IMG/VR virus record: IMGVR_UViG_3300020392_000005
DNA from: a virus
Length of the DNA: 64,000 nucleotides
Strand: one strand, 5' to 3'
A model generated the notes under the pieces. It saw nothing but the letters and a program-made list of their open reading frames with translations. It did not search any database and was not told the origin of the DNA. Positions 18,036 through 28,400 of the stretch are shown here, piece by piece (position 1 is the first letter of the stretch; each line of letters begins with the position of its first letter). The position numbers and the translations under genes were made by a program.

Positions 18036-21000
18036 TTATCTACCGATTCCGGCATTCCACATCATACTTCTTCCTGTACTTGAATAGGTCGCAGTAGCGT
18101 GGTGTCCCAAGTTATTATTATTTGAGTAACCCCAAAGTAATACTTGTCCGTCATCTGTTCCCACCATCATTTGCGGTGAGTAATAGTTTGATGAATTATC
18201 AGTACCTTTAGCGTACATAGTTCTAATTCTAGTTCCTGCAGGAATGTAAGTATGGAACGGTTTATAAGTTCCATCTTCACCAGTCCAGTTAGTTCCAGCA
18301 ATCGGATTTGCAAGACCTCCGTAACCACTATAACCTTGACTAAAAAACTCTCCGTTATCTTGTAGCATATAAAGTCTTCCAACATCTCCAGAAGAACATA
18401 CGATTGATACTTCTTTCAAATTGTTAATCTTGTCAACTTGTACAGGTGCTTGGTTTGTTCCAGTACCACCATCTCCTGATAGGTAATAACTTCCAGAATA
18501 ACCAGCAGTCCAAGTTTGTCCATTTTTCAATCTCATAAATGTTGTGTGATAACCATTCCAGTATAATGTCCAGAAGTCTACGATATCTTCGTTAGGCGTA
18601 GCAGTTGATTGTGTTAACTGATTTCTGTTTGTTGTAGAGTTATCTACAAAGTTACCATATCCGTTGTAACCAGTTGCCCAAATATATCCGTTACCATCTA
18701 ATATTGAGAAGTTTGAGTTTGATGAGTGAGAATTACATTGCCATACAGCGATACCACCGTTATCAGCAGCTGCAAATCCAGACATCTTAACAGGTCTGTA
18801 TTTGTCAGTTGTAGTTGTATCACCTAATTGACCAACATTGTTTCTACCCCAACCGTAAATATTATCTTCACTTGTTCTTACATAGAAACTTGTACTATCA
18901 CCACCTGAGCAAGTGATATCTACAATCTTCTCGTCATTAAACCATTCTCTAGGTATTCTCTTCGGACCGTATACATTTTGCGTTCTACCATCTCCAACTT
19001 CACCGTATCCGTTGTAACCCCATACCCATACATCACCATTGTCATCTAATATAGCAGGTGTGTGAGTACTATCTTCGTTACCGTGTTTCTGTGCTAGTTT
19101 AACAGCAAATACATCTTCAAGTCCAGCAGGCGATATTGCCATACCAGGTGAACCATCATAACCAGTTCCTTGTTGACCGTGTGAACCGTATCCTGTGTGG
19201 AATACTTGTCCGTTATCAAATAAAATTAGTTTGAAAGAGTAACCTTCTTCAATCTGTATACATCTAGGTGTTCTTTGTCTGTCGTATCTAGTCCACTTAC
19301 CACTTCTTCTTTCTTCATAACCACCTTCGTTTCTGTTTTCAGAATTGTAGAAGTCTCTCCATCTAAATGTCATTTCTCTAAAGTAAGAAGATGAACGACC
19401 TTGTTCACCGTTTGATGAATCCGAACCGTGACCTAATGTCCATATTGAACCATTTTTATCAATATAGCAGTTGTTTCTGTATACACAACCAAATTCAGAA
19501 TTACCGTGTTTGTATGGCCAGTTCATTGGTCCTCTATTCGGGAACCAAACACCAGCACCTTGTTCTTGCGAGTTCATACCTGCAAACGATTCCCAGCAGT
19601 TGTGATACGATTGAATATGAGCAGGATAGTTCTTACCTGTTTCATTGTTTTGTTCGTGTTCACTTCTACCAGTTAATCTTCCAGAAGTAACCGTTGATTT
19701 CGTCATCATCGGTGACCTTGTTGGTTCTTGGAAACCGTATTGAGGTGGTCTACCTTTGTTATCTCTTAAACATCTGTATAAACCAGTACCCATAAAGTAA
19801 TGTTTTTCACCAGTTGATATTCGTTTAAATTCTTTGTATGATACAATATCATTGTAGTTGTAGTGTGTATTTGGAGAATACTCACCTCTAAATCTCATAG
19901 ATGATTGTACTTTATCCCAATGTTTATGACCTCTCCAAGTTTTCTCAATTGTCCAACCTAATGAGTTATACATTCCTGTAGTTGCTCTATTAGATGTTGT
20001 AGGTTCTAAACAGAAAGGATAGATGATTGTATTTGTACTTCTCTCATAATCGTTTTGAGCATAAGGTATTTCAATCTCAACCGTTCTACTTTCTTTGTTT
20101 GTAAAATTGTATCCACTTTCAAATCCAAGTGTTTTGCCATTAGGCATTTTCTTAGGAAAGTTTCTATTGTAATCTCTATCAGCATTGAAGAAACAATCAA
20201 CATATGTGTTCTCATCTACTTGTCTATTATTTAAGTAGTATTTAACCCAACCGTTCTTGCCGTAACCTCTCCACTTTTTGATATTTGTAGGTGCAAAAGT
20301 TCTTGCTTGATTGTTTGCCATATCATATGTTTCAACTGATTTAGAGTTGTACATACCAGCGTGATTTTTACAATAGATGTAAAGTTTAGCAGTTGCTTTT
20401 CTAACATTGATTTTAGTATGAGCACCAGGATTACCAGGAGTACCTACATAAGTTACCCCAGCAGTTAGTTCACTACCACCGCCGTGTGTACCATCAGCAG
20501 TTGTTGAAAATGCTAAATTATGTGTTGCGTTAGTTGAGTGTGATTGGTCAAATAAGTAAGTTTTACCTTCTTCAAATTTAACTAGATTATCAGCAGCTTC
20601 AACACCGTCAACATAGTATTTGTTTCCACTACCTGGGTTTGCAACCGTAATTTGGAAAGTTCTTTCTCTATTAGCAGTTTCGTCTGTCGTATCAGGTAGA
20701 TATAAGTCTATTAATCCTTCGTTAGAAGTTGGATTAGCGCCAAGTGCTGTATTTGATGAAGCACCTGTTTTGTCAACAGCAGTAAAGTTACCTGTGATAC
20801 CATCAACACTTGTTGTTGTGGATTCAGCAACTAATTGATAAACTGGTTTACCATTTACTAATAAGATTTTCTTACCAGCAGCTGCGTGTTCAGATGGAGC
20901 AGGAGTTCCTGCAGCCACGAAATTATCTCTTCCTTGCGTTATTACAGCAGATATATTTGATGAAACTTTTAATGCACCTTGAATATAAACTGGTGCAACA

Positions 21001-22160
21001 TTAGAAGTTTCTGTTGGATATTCAGCACTATCAGCAGAAGATATATAAATTGTTCTTCTTGTATTTACTGAAGCACCTCCGCCAGCAGTACCTGCCCAAG
21101 CATTTGTAACCTGTAAGTATGTGTTATTACTATCGTCTGTTAGTAATGAAACAACGGTATCTTTTAATTGATTACCAGATGAATCCAACATACCTTTTAA
21201 TGATGGACTTGCGTCTGTTTCAAATCCTGGTACATCGCCTTGATTGAAAGTAATCTTTCTACTAGAACCAGCACCGCCTCTTCTTGTATCTTCAGCATTT
21301 GCAGCTGTTTCAGTTTTGTACATTGGGAAGAAGAAACCGTTATCGCCGTTTGACGCAGTTCCTTTAACATAGTAAGGACCAACTGGATCCTCTCCTAATG
21401 ACTTACCTGTGTTATTCGTATTATGAATACCATCAGCAGTATAAGAGAAACCTAGTGGGTAATACTTGTTGGAATCATTGTGTTGATGAAATCTGTATGT
21501 ATGACCTTCTTTGAAAAACTCCCAGTTCTTGTAACCAGCAAATTGTCTACCTTTCGTATTGTGTCCCATACGATTGTCAATTTTGAAATCTGGCACACCA
21601 CCTGAAACTTGTACACTAACTACAAAGTTATTGTCAGTTGGTACATAGTGGTATCTGAAATAGTTTTGTTCAAAACCATTGAAGTTGTCCAATTCAGAAT
21701 AGTCGTCTTCTGTTTGTTGGAACATTTCGTCATATTCTTCAAATAGGTGTCTTTGATGGCGAACAATTGAACCCATTGAAGCGTCTATTGTAGAGTGGTG
21801 AGCGTGTATTGCTTCGTGCTCTTGCGAGAAGTTAGTAGAGTGTCTAGTAATAGGGTTACCATCGGCGTCTGTTCTTTGCTTCTCATCACCTCTTTCATTT
21901 TCAGTCCAGTATTGTGTGTAACCGAAAAAGTCTGTATTTGTGAAATTCGGGTCGTTCATCCAACCGTTCATTTCTTTAGGATTATATCCAAATATTTTTG
22001 TTCCTGGAGCAAACGCATTTGTACCATCAGGCATATATTCATTTGTAAGAATCCACATAGCATTATTATGATAAACTATGTCGTCTCTTCTATATGACTG
22101 GTTCTTGTCGTATTCTCCTTGGAATTGTAATTTAATTCTTCCAAGATTTATTTTTGCCAT
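18036..22160 (-). CDS. Large tail/receptor-binding-like protein with cupredoxin-like module and C-terminal RCC1 repeats
   Basis: N-terminal LGRIKLQFQGEY...Y.RDDIV; EEGKTYLFDQ...HNL...YCKNHAGM; VWVWGYNGYGEVG and YGWGRNNVGQLG repeats. Confidence 0.75.
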   Translation of the reverse strand: MAKINLGRIKLQFQGEYDKNQSYRRDDIVYHNNAMWILTNEYMPDGTNAFAPGTKIFGYNPKEMNGWMNDPNFTNTDFFGYTQYWTENERGDEKQRTDADGNPITRHSTNFSQEHEAIHAHHSTIDASMGSIVRHQRHLFEEYDEMFQQTEDDYSELDNFNGFEQNYFRYHYVPTDNNFVVSVQVSGGVPDFKIDNRMGHNTKGRQFAGYKNWEFFKEGHTYRFHQHNDSNKYYPLGFSYTADGIHNTNNTGKSLGEDPVGPYYVKGTASNGDNGFFFPMYKTETAANAEDTRRGGAGSSRKITFNQGDVPGFETDASPSLKGMLDSSGNQLKDTVVSLLTDDSNNTYLQVTNAWAGTAGGGASVNTRRTIYISSADSAEYPTETSNVAPVYIQGALKVSSNISAVITQGRDNFVAAGTPAPSEHAAAGKKILLVNGKPVYQLVAESTTTSVDGITGNFTAVDKTGASSNTALGANPTSNEGLIDLYLPDTTDETANRERTFQITVANPGSGNKYYVDGVEAADNLVKFEEGKTYLFDQSHSTNATHNLAFSTTADGTHGGGSELTAGVTYVGTPGNPGAHTKINVRKATAKLYIYCKNHAGMYNSKSVETYDMANNQARTFAPTNIKKWRGYGKNGWVKYYLNNRQVDENTYVDCFFNADRDYNRNFPKKMPNGKTLGFESGYNFTNKESRTVEIEIPYAQNDYERSTNTIIYPFCLEPTTSNRATTGMYNSLGWTIEKTWRGHKHWDKVQSSMRFRGEYSPNTHYNYNDIVSYKEFKRISTGEKHYFMGTGLYRCLRDNKGRPPQYGFQEPTRSPMMTKSTVTSGRLTGRSEHEQNNETGKNYPAHIQSYHNCWESFAGMNSQEQGAGVWFPNRGPMNWPYKHGNSEFGCVYRNNCYIDKNGSIWTLGHGSDSSNGEQGRSSSYFREMTFRWRDFYNSENRNEGGYEERRSGKWTRYDRQRTPRCIQIEEGYSFKLILFDNGQVFHTGYGSHGQQGTGYDGSPGMAISPAGLEDVFAVKLAQKHGNEDSTHTPAILDDNGDVWVWGYNGYGEVGDGRTQNVYGPKRIPREWFNDEKIVDITCSGGDSTSFYVRTSEDNIYGWGRNNVGQLGDTTTTDKYRPVKMSGFAAADNGGIAVWQCNSHSSNSNFSILDGNGYIWATGYNGYGNFVDNSTTNRNQLTQSTATPNEDIVDFWTLYWNGYHTTFMRLKNGQTWTAGYSGSYYLSGDGGTGTNQAPVQVDKINNLKEVSIVCSSGDVGRLYMLQDNGEFFSQGYSGYGGLANPIAGTNWTGEDGTYKPFHTYIPAGTRIRTMYAKGTDNSSNYYSPQMMVGTDDGQVLLWGYSNNNNLGHHATATYSSTGRSMMWNAGIGR

Positions 22161-22194
22161 TTTAGTTCCCTATCTTTGTTTAACTATTTATTAA

Positions 22195-25100
22195 TTATCC
22201 TAATACCGCAGGTTGGAATAATGATGAATAATCACTATCATTTTGTTGCTGTATGTAGCTTCCACCATATCCAACGATTAAGTATCTATTATCAAAAGTT
22301 TTTATTTCTCTAAAGTGATATCTGTTACCATCTTGCGAATAATAACCTCTACCTCTTATATCTTCTACTCTTCCGTGTGCAAAGTTCGGCATACGAACCA
22401 TTTGGAAGTAGTAATCATCTGTCTCTTCAATACCGTTGGAAGCGTTTCTATCTCCAACATATTGAGTAGAATATCCTACTGAACAAGTTCCGTAGTTATT
22501 TCTACCTGCCATAAACACGAATCCGTCATATGTTAATAAGTGTACTGAACAATGCCATTGGTTACCATATGCAGATTGACATCCAATATCTTTAATGTTC
22601 ATAACATCTTGCGTTGTAGTTGATGTTGTACCTGTATTAACTTGCCATTTAGGCGATACAGCAGAAGATTGATTAGTTGTGTTACCAAGTCCTAATTCAT
22701 ATGCACCATTGTAACCAGCACATTTGATTTTACCTTCTTGGTCTTTAGTCCAGAAACTTGCGTATCTGCCGTTTCCAGTAAACCACATATTAGTTGCGTG
22801 TGAGTGAGTTCCACTTCCAGGTCCGTTACCTACCTGTGTAAATGTGTTAACATCTGAAGTATTACCCATCATCGCCCAACCGTATTCGTTTCTTCCAGAC
22901 CAGAATATCTTACCTTTTTCAGTTAAGATTGCAACTCTTTGATATGATTCCTGACTATCTACTAGTAATTTTTTAATCTTACCAGGATTAGAAGCACCAT
23001 TGTCAAAGGTTACACCAGTTATTTCAGTTGGTACTGATAAGTTAGTTGTATTACCTTGTGCTAAAACTCCGTATCCATTGTAACCCCAACTATAAAGTTT
23101 TCCGGTTACATCTAAAGCGAAACAGAAACCGTAGCTTCCGCCAGCAGTCCAGAAAGCGTCAATCTTATTACCATTGAAATATGAAGTCTTATTAATTTTT
23201 GTTGGTCTACTTAAATCAGAAGTGTTGTTTTGTCCTAATTGACCATAACCATTGTAACCCCAAGCCCATAGTTCGCCATCTGTATCTAAACCATAGACGC
23301 TATGAGTATTAGTTCCGTTACCATTACCACCCCAATTAGTAATATAAATTCTTTTCATCCTTGTATCTTTTAATGTGTGTGTTGAAGTATTACTTGCTTG
23401 ATATACTTCTTGGTATGTACCACCACATCTTACTGGATATCCTCTGTTTGAAGTAGCAGCGTCACCATTTTGTCCGTGACCTCCGTAACCCCAATGGTAT
23501 ATTTCACCATTATTAAATAGTGCCATACCTGTTTCATATCCAGATAATAGTTGAATTGCTTTTGGTGGTTCTCCGTCAGGAGTTGTATGAATACCAGAAC
23601 CACCGTTATCTGTACTTCTATACCAATCGTTGAATGGGAATGTCATTCCTACTCCAGTTAGTACAGAACCTTGGTTAATTCCGTTTTGACCATTTGAGTT
23701 TGAACCCCAACTTGTAATACCACCACGACCATTAATGAAACACGGCCAGTCAACACATTGACCTTGTTGGAATTGTCCAGGCAATCTGTATAGTGGGTGG
23801 TCATCTCCGATAGGACCACTTGTATTACATAGAGACATACACTCTAAACGGTTACCAGAAAATCTGTTTTGATAACCTCTAACTTTTTTAGCAGTTGAAG
23901 CAACATCAAAGGTTACATTAGCAGAAGAGTAGAATACTTGACCATCTATTCTTAATTGGTCATTAACAGCATTGTTCTCACCACCAAGTTTAGGACCTTC
24001 TTCGTGTCCTTCCCATCTGTTTGAATTTTCTCTATCTATTCCGTCTGTCATTGAAGCTTTTTGGTCAGTCGCTAATTCTATTTGTAATGCACCCCAAGTA
24101 CCGATACTATTAACTCTAAATGTAAAGTTAGGAGCACCACCGCCACCTAAATCAGCGTCAGCGATTGTAATAACTTCGTTTTGTGCATATCCAAGACCAC
24201 CCATTTGACCACCAAGATTTTTCTTGGTTACGGTTACAGAAGATACTGAACCGTCTTCTTCTACGATTAAGTCAAAGGTTGCGTTTGAACCAGCACCTGA
24301 AGTTGCAGTTTGGGTTACATTTCTGTAAATACCAGGTTTTCTTAAATAGTGTGCGTTGCTAAAATTGTCAACCGTTTTAACTGATTGGTAACCTTCAACG
24401 GTTACATTGAACATAGGTGTATTGAATCCACCAGTTCTACCAGCATTTGAGTTCTCAGCAGCTGCGGTAACATTTGTACAATTTACATAAGGATAGAATC
24501 CTTGTTGTCTTGCAGGAGAAGCAGCAGAAATATTTGTGATTGTTTCAACAGCACCATTGTCTACAACTATCTCATCATCAAATTGCATTTCTTCTGATAC
24601 TCTTTCCCAATACTTGTTTCCGTCTGTATCAGCTTCTTGGTCCCAAGGTAAGTATTTACTAGTACCGTCTGTCGTATGTTCTAGTATACAAATATAAGTT
24701 GCTCTTACTTTGTTGATTTGGTTTCCAGAATACTGATTGTTTGTTGAGAAGTCATTATCTAATTCTACATTTACTTTGACAATATCATTAGGATAGTATG
24801 TTAAGTATGAACCACTTTCATTTGTATTGTCGTGTAAACCTCTATACTTAAATGAGCTTCTTACTAGTTTCCAAACTGGTTGGTCGGCAACAACAATTTT
24901 AGGACCCCAATTTGCAGTAGGATTATCATATGAGAAGAGATATAATTCTTTAGGTGTTTCGTTAGTAATTTCTATTCTGATTTCTCTTTTAGTAGCGTTA
25001 TTGTAAGTAGATGTATTAAAGTAATCACCACTTGCAGTACCACCACCAACAGCCTTACCATCTAAAAAGTAGGTTACATCTTGGTGGTAAAGGTTAGTAT

Positions 25101-25455
25101 TTTTGTTAGAGGCACTATTAGCGAAAGCAGGTTTGTTATCATCAAAATCGTTTCCGTCGTGTGATAAGATTAGTGTATCACCAATCATTACTTGCTCTTC
25201 TGCTAATGGCCAAGTTGCTTGACCGTCCCATTTGTAAGCGTCTGAACCTGTACTTGCAGATACAGCTTTCGTCAACCTTACATATCTTCTTTTGTTCTCT
25301 TTAGGAACATCATTTGTGGAATCTGTATTCTTAACGCAGATATAATCAGAATTATTGTACATAACCACATCATCACGGATATAAGTTTCTGTACTCTTCC
25401 AATCACCTCTAAAATTAAAGAACAGATTTCCTATTTTAGTTTTAGTTGTTGCCAT
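22195..25455 (-). CDS. Large tail/receptor-binding-like protein with C-terminal RCC1 repeats
   Basis: N-terminal IGNLFFNFRGDW...Y.RDDVV; WAWGYNGYGQLG and YSWGYNGYGVLA repeats. Confidence 0.75.
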   Translation of the reverse strand: MATTKTKIGNLFFNFRGDWKSTETYIRDDVVMYNNSDYICVKNTDSTNDVPKENKRRYVRLTKAVSASTGSDAYKWDGQATWPLAEEQVMIGDTLILSHDGNDFDDNKPAFANSASNKNTNLYHQDVTYFLDGKAVGGGTASGDYFNTSTYNNATKREIRIEITNETPKELYLFSYDNPTANWGPKIVVADQPVWKLVRSSFKYRGLHDNTNESGSYLTYYPNDIVKVNVELDNDFSTNNQYSGNQINKVRATYICILEHTTDGTSKYLPWDQEADTDGNKYWERVSEEMQFDDEIVVDNGAVETITNISAASPARQQGFYPYVNCTNVTAAAENSNAGRTGGFNTPMFNVTVEGYQSVKTVDNFSNAHYLRKPGIYRNVTQTATSGAGSNATFDLIVEEDGSVSSVTVTKKNLGGQMGGLGYAQNEVITIADADLGGGGAPNFTFRVNSIGTWGALQIELATDQKASMTDGIDRENSNRWEGHEEGPKLGGENNAVNDQLRIDGQVFYSSANVTFDVASTAKKVRGYQNRFSGNRLECMSLCNTSGPIGDDHPLYRLPGQFQQGQCVDWPCFINGRGGITSWGSNSNGQNGINQGSVLTGVGMTFPFNDWYRSTDNGGSGIHTTPDGEPPKAIQLLSGYETGMALFNNGEIYHWGYGGHGQNGDAATSNRGYPVRCGGTYQEVYQASNTSTHTLKDTRMKRIYITNWGGNGNGTNTHSVYGLDTDGELWAWGYNGYGQLGQNNTSDLSRPTKINKTSYFNGNKIDAFWTAGGSYGFCFALDVTGKLYSWGYNGYGVLAQGNTTNLSVPTEITGVTFDNGASNPGKIKKLLVDSQESYQRVAILTEKGKIFWSGRNEYGWAMMGNTSDVNTFTQVGNGPGSGTHSHATNMWFTGNGRYASFWTKDQEGKIKCAGYNGAYELGLGNTTNQSSAVSPKWQVNTGTTSTTTQDVMNIKDIGCQSAYGNQWHCSVHLLTYDGFVFMAGRNNYGTCSVGYSTQYVGDRNASNGIEETDDYYFQMVRMPNFAHGRVEDIRGRGYYSQDGNRYHFREIKTFDNRYLIVGYGGSYIQQQNDSDYSSLFQPAVLG

Positions 25456-25481
25456 TGTTTTCTCTTCCTAATTTATACTAT

Positions 25482-28400
25482 TTATGTTGTTTCTATTACT
25501 AGGTCACCAGCCTTGTCTAAATTAATTTGCATAGTTCCGCTGATAACTTCAAATCCTTCGGCAGCATCCGTTCCGTCAAAGAAAGCACTTTCCTTCTGTA
25601 TTAATTCATTAGCATTAGTGATAATTCTTCTCTTCAATGCTAAGTCATCATCATCAATTGAAAGTGTTTGTAATGTCGGTGTACCTTGGTCATCTACATA
25701 TTTTTTAGTTGCAAGGTCTTGAGCCGCTGTTGGTGAAATACTTGACGACATTTGAGTTTGTGCAGTCAAAGTAATAATACCATTATTTTGTGTTCCTATA
25801 TTCAAGTTAACATCTGTACCACTTACACCTGTTGTAGATATAGTTTGTGCAGTTGCCGTAATTGAACCTGCTGTCAATGAGTTAACTGAAAGGTCGTTTT
25901 GACCTCCACCAAGTTGACTATCAACATAAGTCTTAATAGCTCTTTCGGTTACAAGAGCAGTATCAGAATTATCTGCTAATGTTCCGTCAGTACTAAATTC
26001 ATTAATTGTAGCACCAAAGTTACCTTGAGCATTAGAACCTAACGAGATTTCTTGTAATCCAGAAAGGTCAAACGCTTCGGCGTTCAATGTTGCTTTACCA
26101 GTAGCCTGTTCAACTTTAAATAAGTTACCTACTCTAAAGTTACCATCTTGGTCAGTTGAAGAGTAGAATACTCTACCTCTATCAGTTTCTAATACTTCGT
26201 CATTAGGGTCTGGTAATTGTGATGGAGTGTTAGGATAATTAGTAGTTGAGAAACCACCAGTACCTACATCCAAGAAGTCGTGTCCAGTTAATCTGATATT
26301 TGAGTAATTACTTCTTAATGTTGCAGTCTCGCCGTGTGTAGGTGCATTTGAAGTAGTAAACACAGGATTTACTCTAACTAATCCTGCACCACTTGAATAA
26401 CCTGATACTGATACAACATAGTAAGCTTGTCCAGATATACCAGCAAACTCTACAATGTCACCACCAGTTGGCGATTTACTTAATCCTGTTAATCTTACAA
26501 ACGCTGTTCCAGCAGCTGAGATTTCAGCGTAACCATCTCCAGTAATAGTAGCAGTAGTTGTTTCTGTTTTATATCCAGAACCAGCAGTTGTTACCGTTGT
26601 TTGAGATATTACACCATTACCTATAGCAGAAGTTGCTGTTGCAACACTAGAAGCATTAGGGTCTGTAATTGTAACCGTTGGTGCAGAAGAATAACCAGCA
26701 CCACCGTCTAATATTAAAATTTTTGAAACTTGTTGATTTTCTACAACTGCTCTTGCGAGTGCGTTTCTACTAGGAGAACCACCACCAGTTATAGCAACTC
26801 TAGGTTCAATTTCATAACCTGAAGATGTATCAAAAGATGTTGCAGGTGATAATCCAGAGTTTACAAATACATCAAATCCAGCAGTACCATTTTCTTTTTG
26901 TACCGTTGCAGTTTTTGTAGAAGCAACATAGTCAGCGATAATACCTGTATTACCGTAACCTTGTCCTGTGTAAATTGTAATTCTCATTCCGTTATAGAAA
27001 TCATCTGGTTGACTATCAGAAGCAGCAAGTTTAATTGTACTTGAAGTTCCTGATTGTGCGAATCCAGAAGTTGTAAAGTGAGTTGAACCGTTATTGGTTA
27101 CTTCAATATATTTAACGGCACCGTTTGCAAAAGAGGCAGAAGCAGCACCAGAGGCACCAGAACCTGCAATTGATATACTTGCATTAGTGTATGCTTCCCC
27201 AGCGTATTCAAATTCAAGTCTTGCGATTCCTGAACCAGATACTAATACTCTTCCTACTCTAGCTTCGTTGTTTTGTAAATCTACCGTTCCAGTATAAGGC
27301 GTTTCGTTTGCGTCAATACCGTTTGCAGTAGAACCATATTCACCATAAGAGTTGTTTGAGTTTAGTGAACGAATAACAGCACCACTATCACATAGATAAC
27401 CGTGGTGTGCGTAATAAGTGAATACAGATACTAATTCTGATTTTGCATTTGCAAGTGCCCAAACACCGACACCACCGTCAGATATTTGAGTAAAGTCGTT
27501 TGCAAGAATTGAACGGTTACCAGCATTGTGCAATGAACCGTCAATCTTAATACCAACTGAACCACTTCCAAAGTGTGAGCAGTTTTGTATAAATGGTGAT
27601 TTACTTGTAATGTGAACAGAAGTGTCACCAACACCAGTTCCTGGGTCAAGTGCGAATACTACGCCTGAACGAGTTGCACCGTCAGCAGTATTTGGTCTTT
27701 GAACACCATAAGTGTCAGCACTTCCCATAGTACCTTGCATACCAGAGAAAGTGAAACCAGAGAAGGTTACACCGTTTCTAACTCTAAACATATCTGCTCT
27801 TGCGTTAGGTGTGTTTGTTAATCCAGTTGCTAATGAGTTTCCTGAAGCAGGTTTAACTACAGCACTTCTTAAACCATCACCAATAACTTGCGTGTTTGCA
27901 CCAACAACTATCGGTAATGCTTCTTCGTATTCACCAGTTTTTACATATAAAGTTTTTTGTAGATTAGCGGCAACATTTGTATTCATCCAATTTAATGCGT
28001 ATGCAATTGTTAACCAAGGTTTGTCTAGTGAAGTTCCTCTTCCTGTATCAGAAGCTGGGTCGTTATCAGCACCGTGTTTAGCAACGAAATAAGTATTTTG
28101 CGTTACCCCAGCGATACCCCAACTTACATCTGTACCATCTGATTGTAAAACTGAACCAGAAGTACCGATACCTAATCTAATATTTTGTGTAGCGTTTCTT
28201 GTTAATAGGTCACCTCTTGTAGTGGTTACGAAATTGGAATCACCTTCGGCAATCAAATCCCAGTAAACACCGCCTGTATCATAGTCAGGTCTTTTTGCGT
28301 CACCTTGTACGGCAGAAGAAGTGTGAGCAAGTTTACATCTATAAGAAGATGAACCATAACCTATTGCGTCTCCTGGAGCATATTCAGTTGCGTCTGCCCA

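Noticed and set aside
15542-27649. Short alternative-frame minus-strand ORFs inside the giant tail genes, suggesting frameshifts
   Set aside because: The main frames are uninterrupted; these are expected by-products of codon bias.
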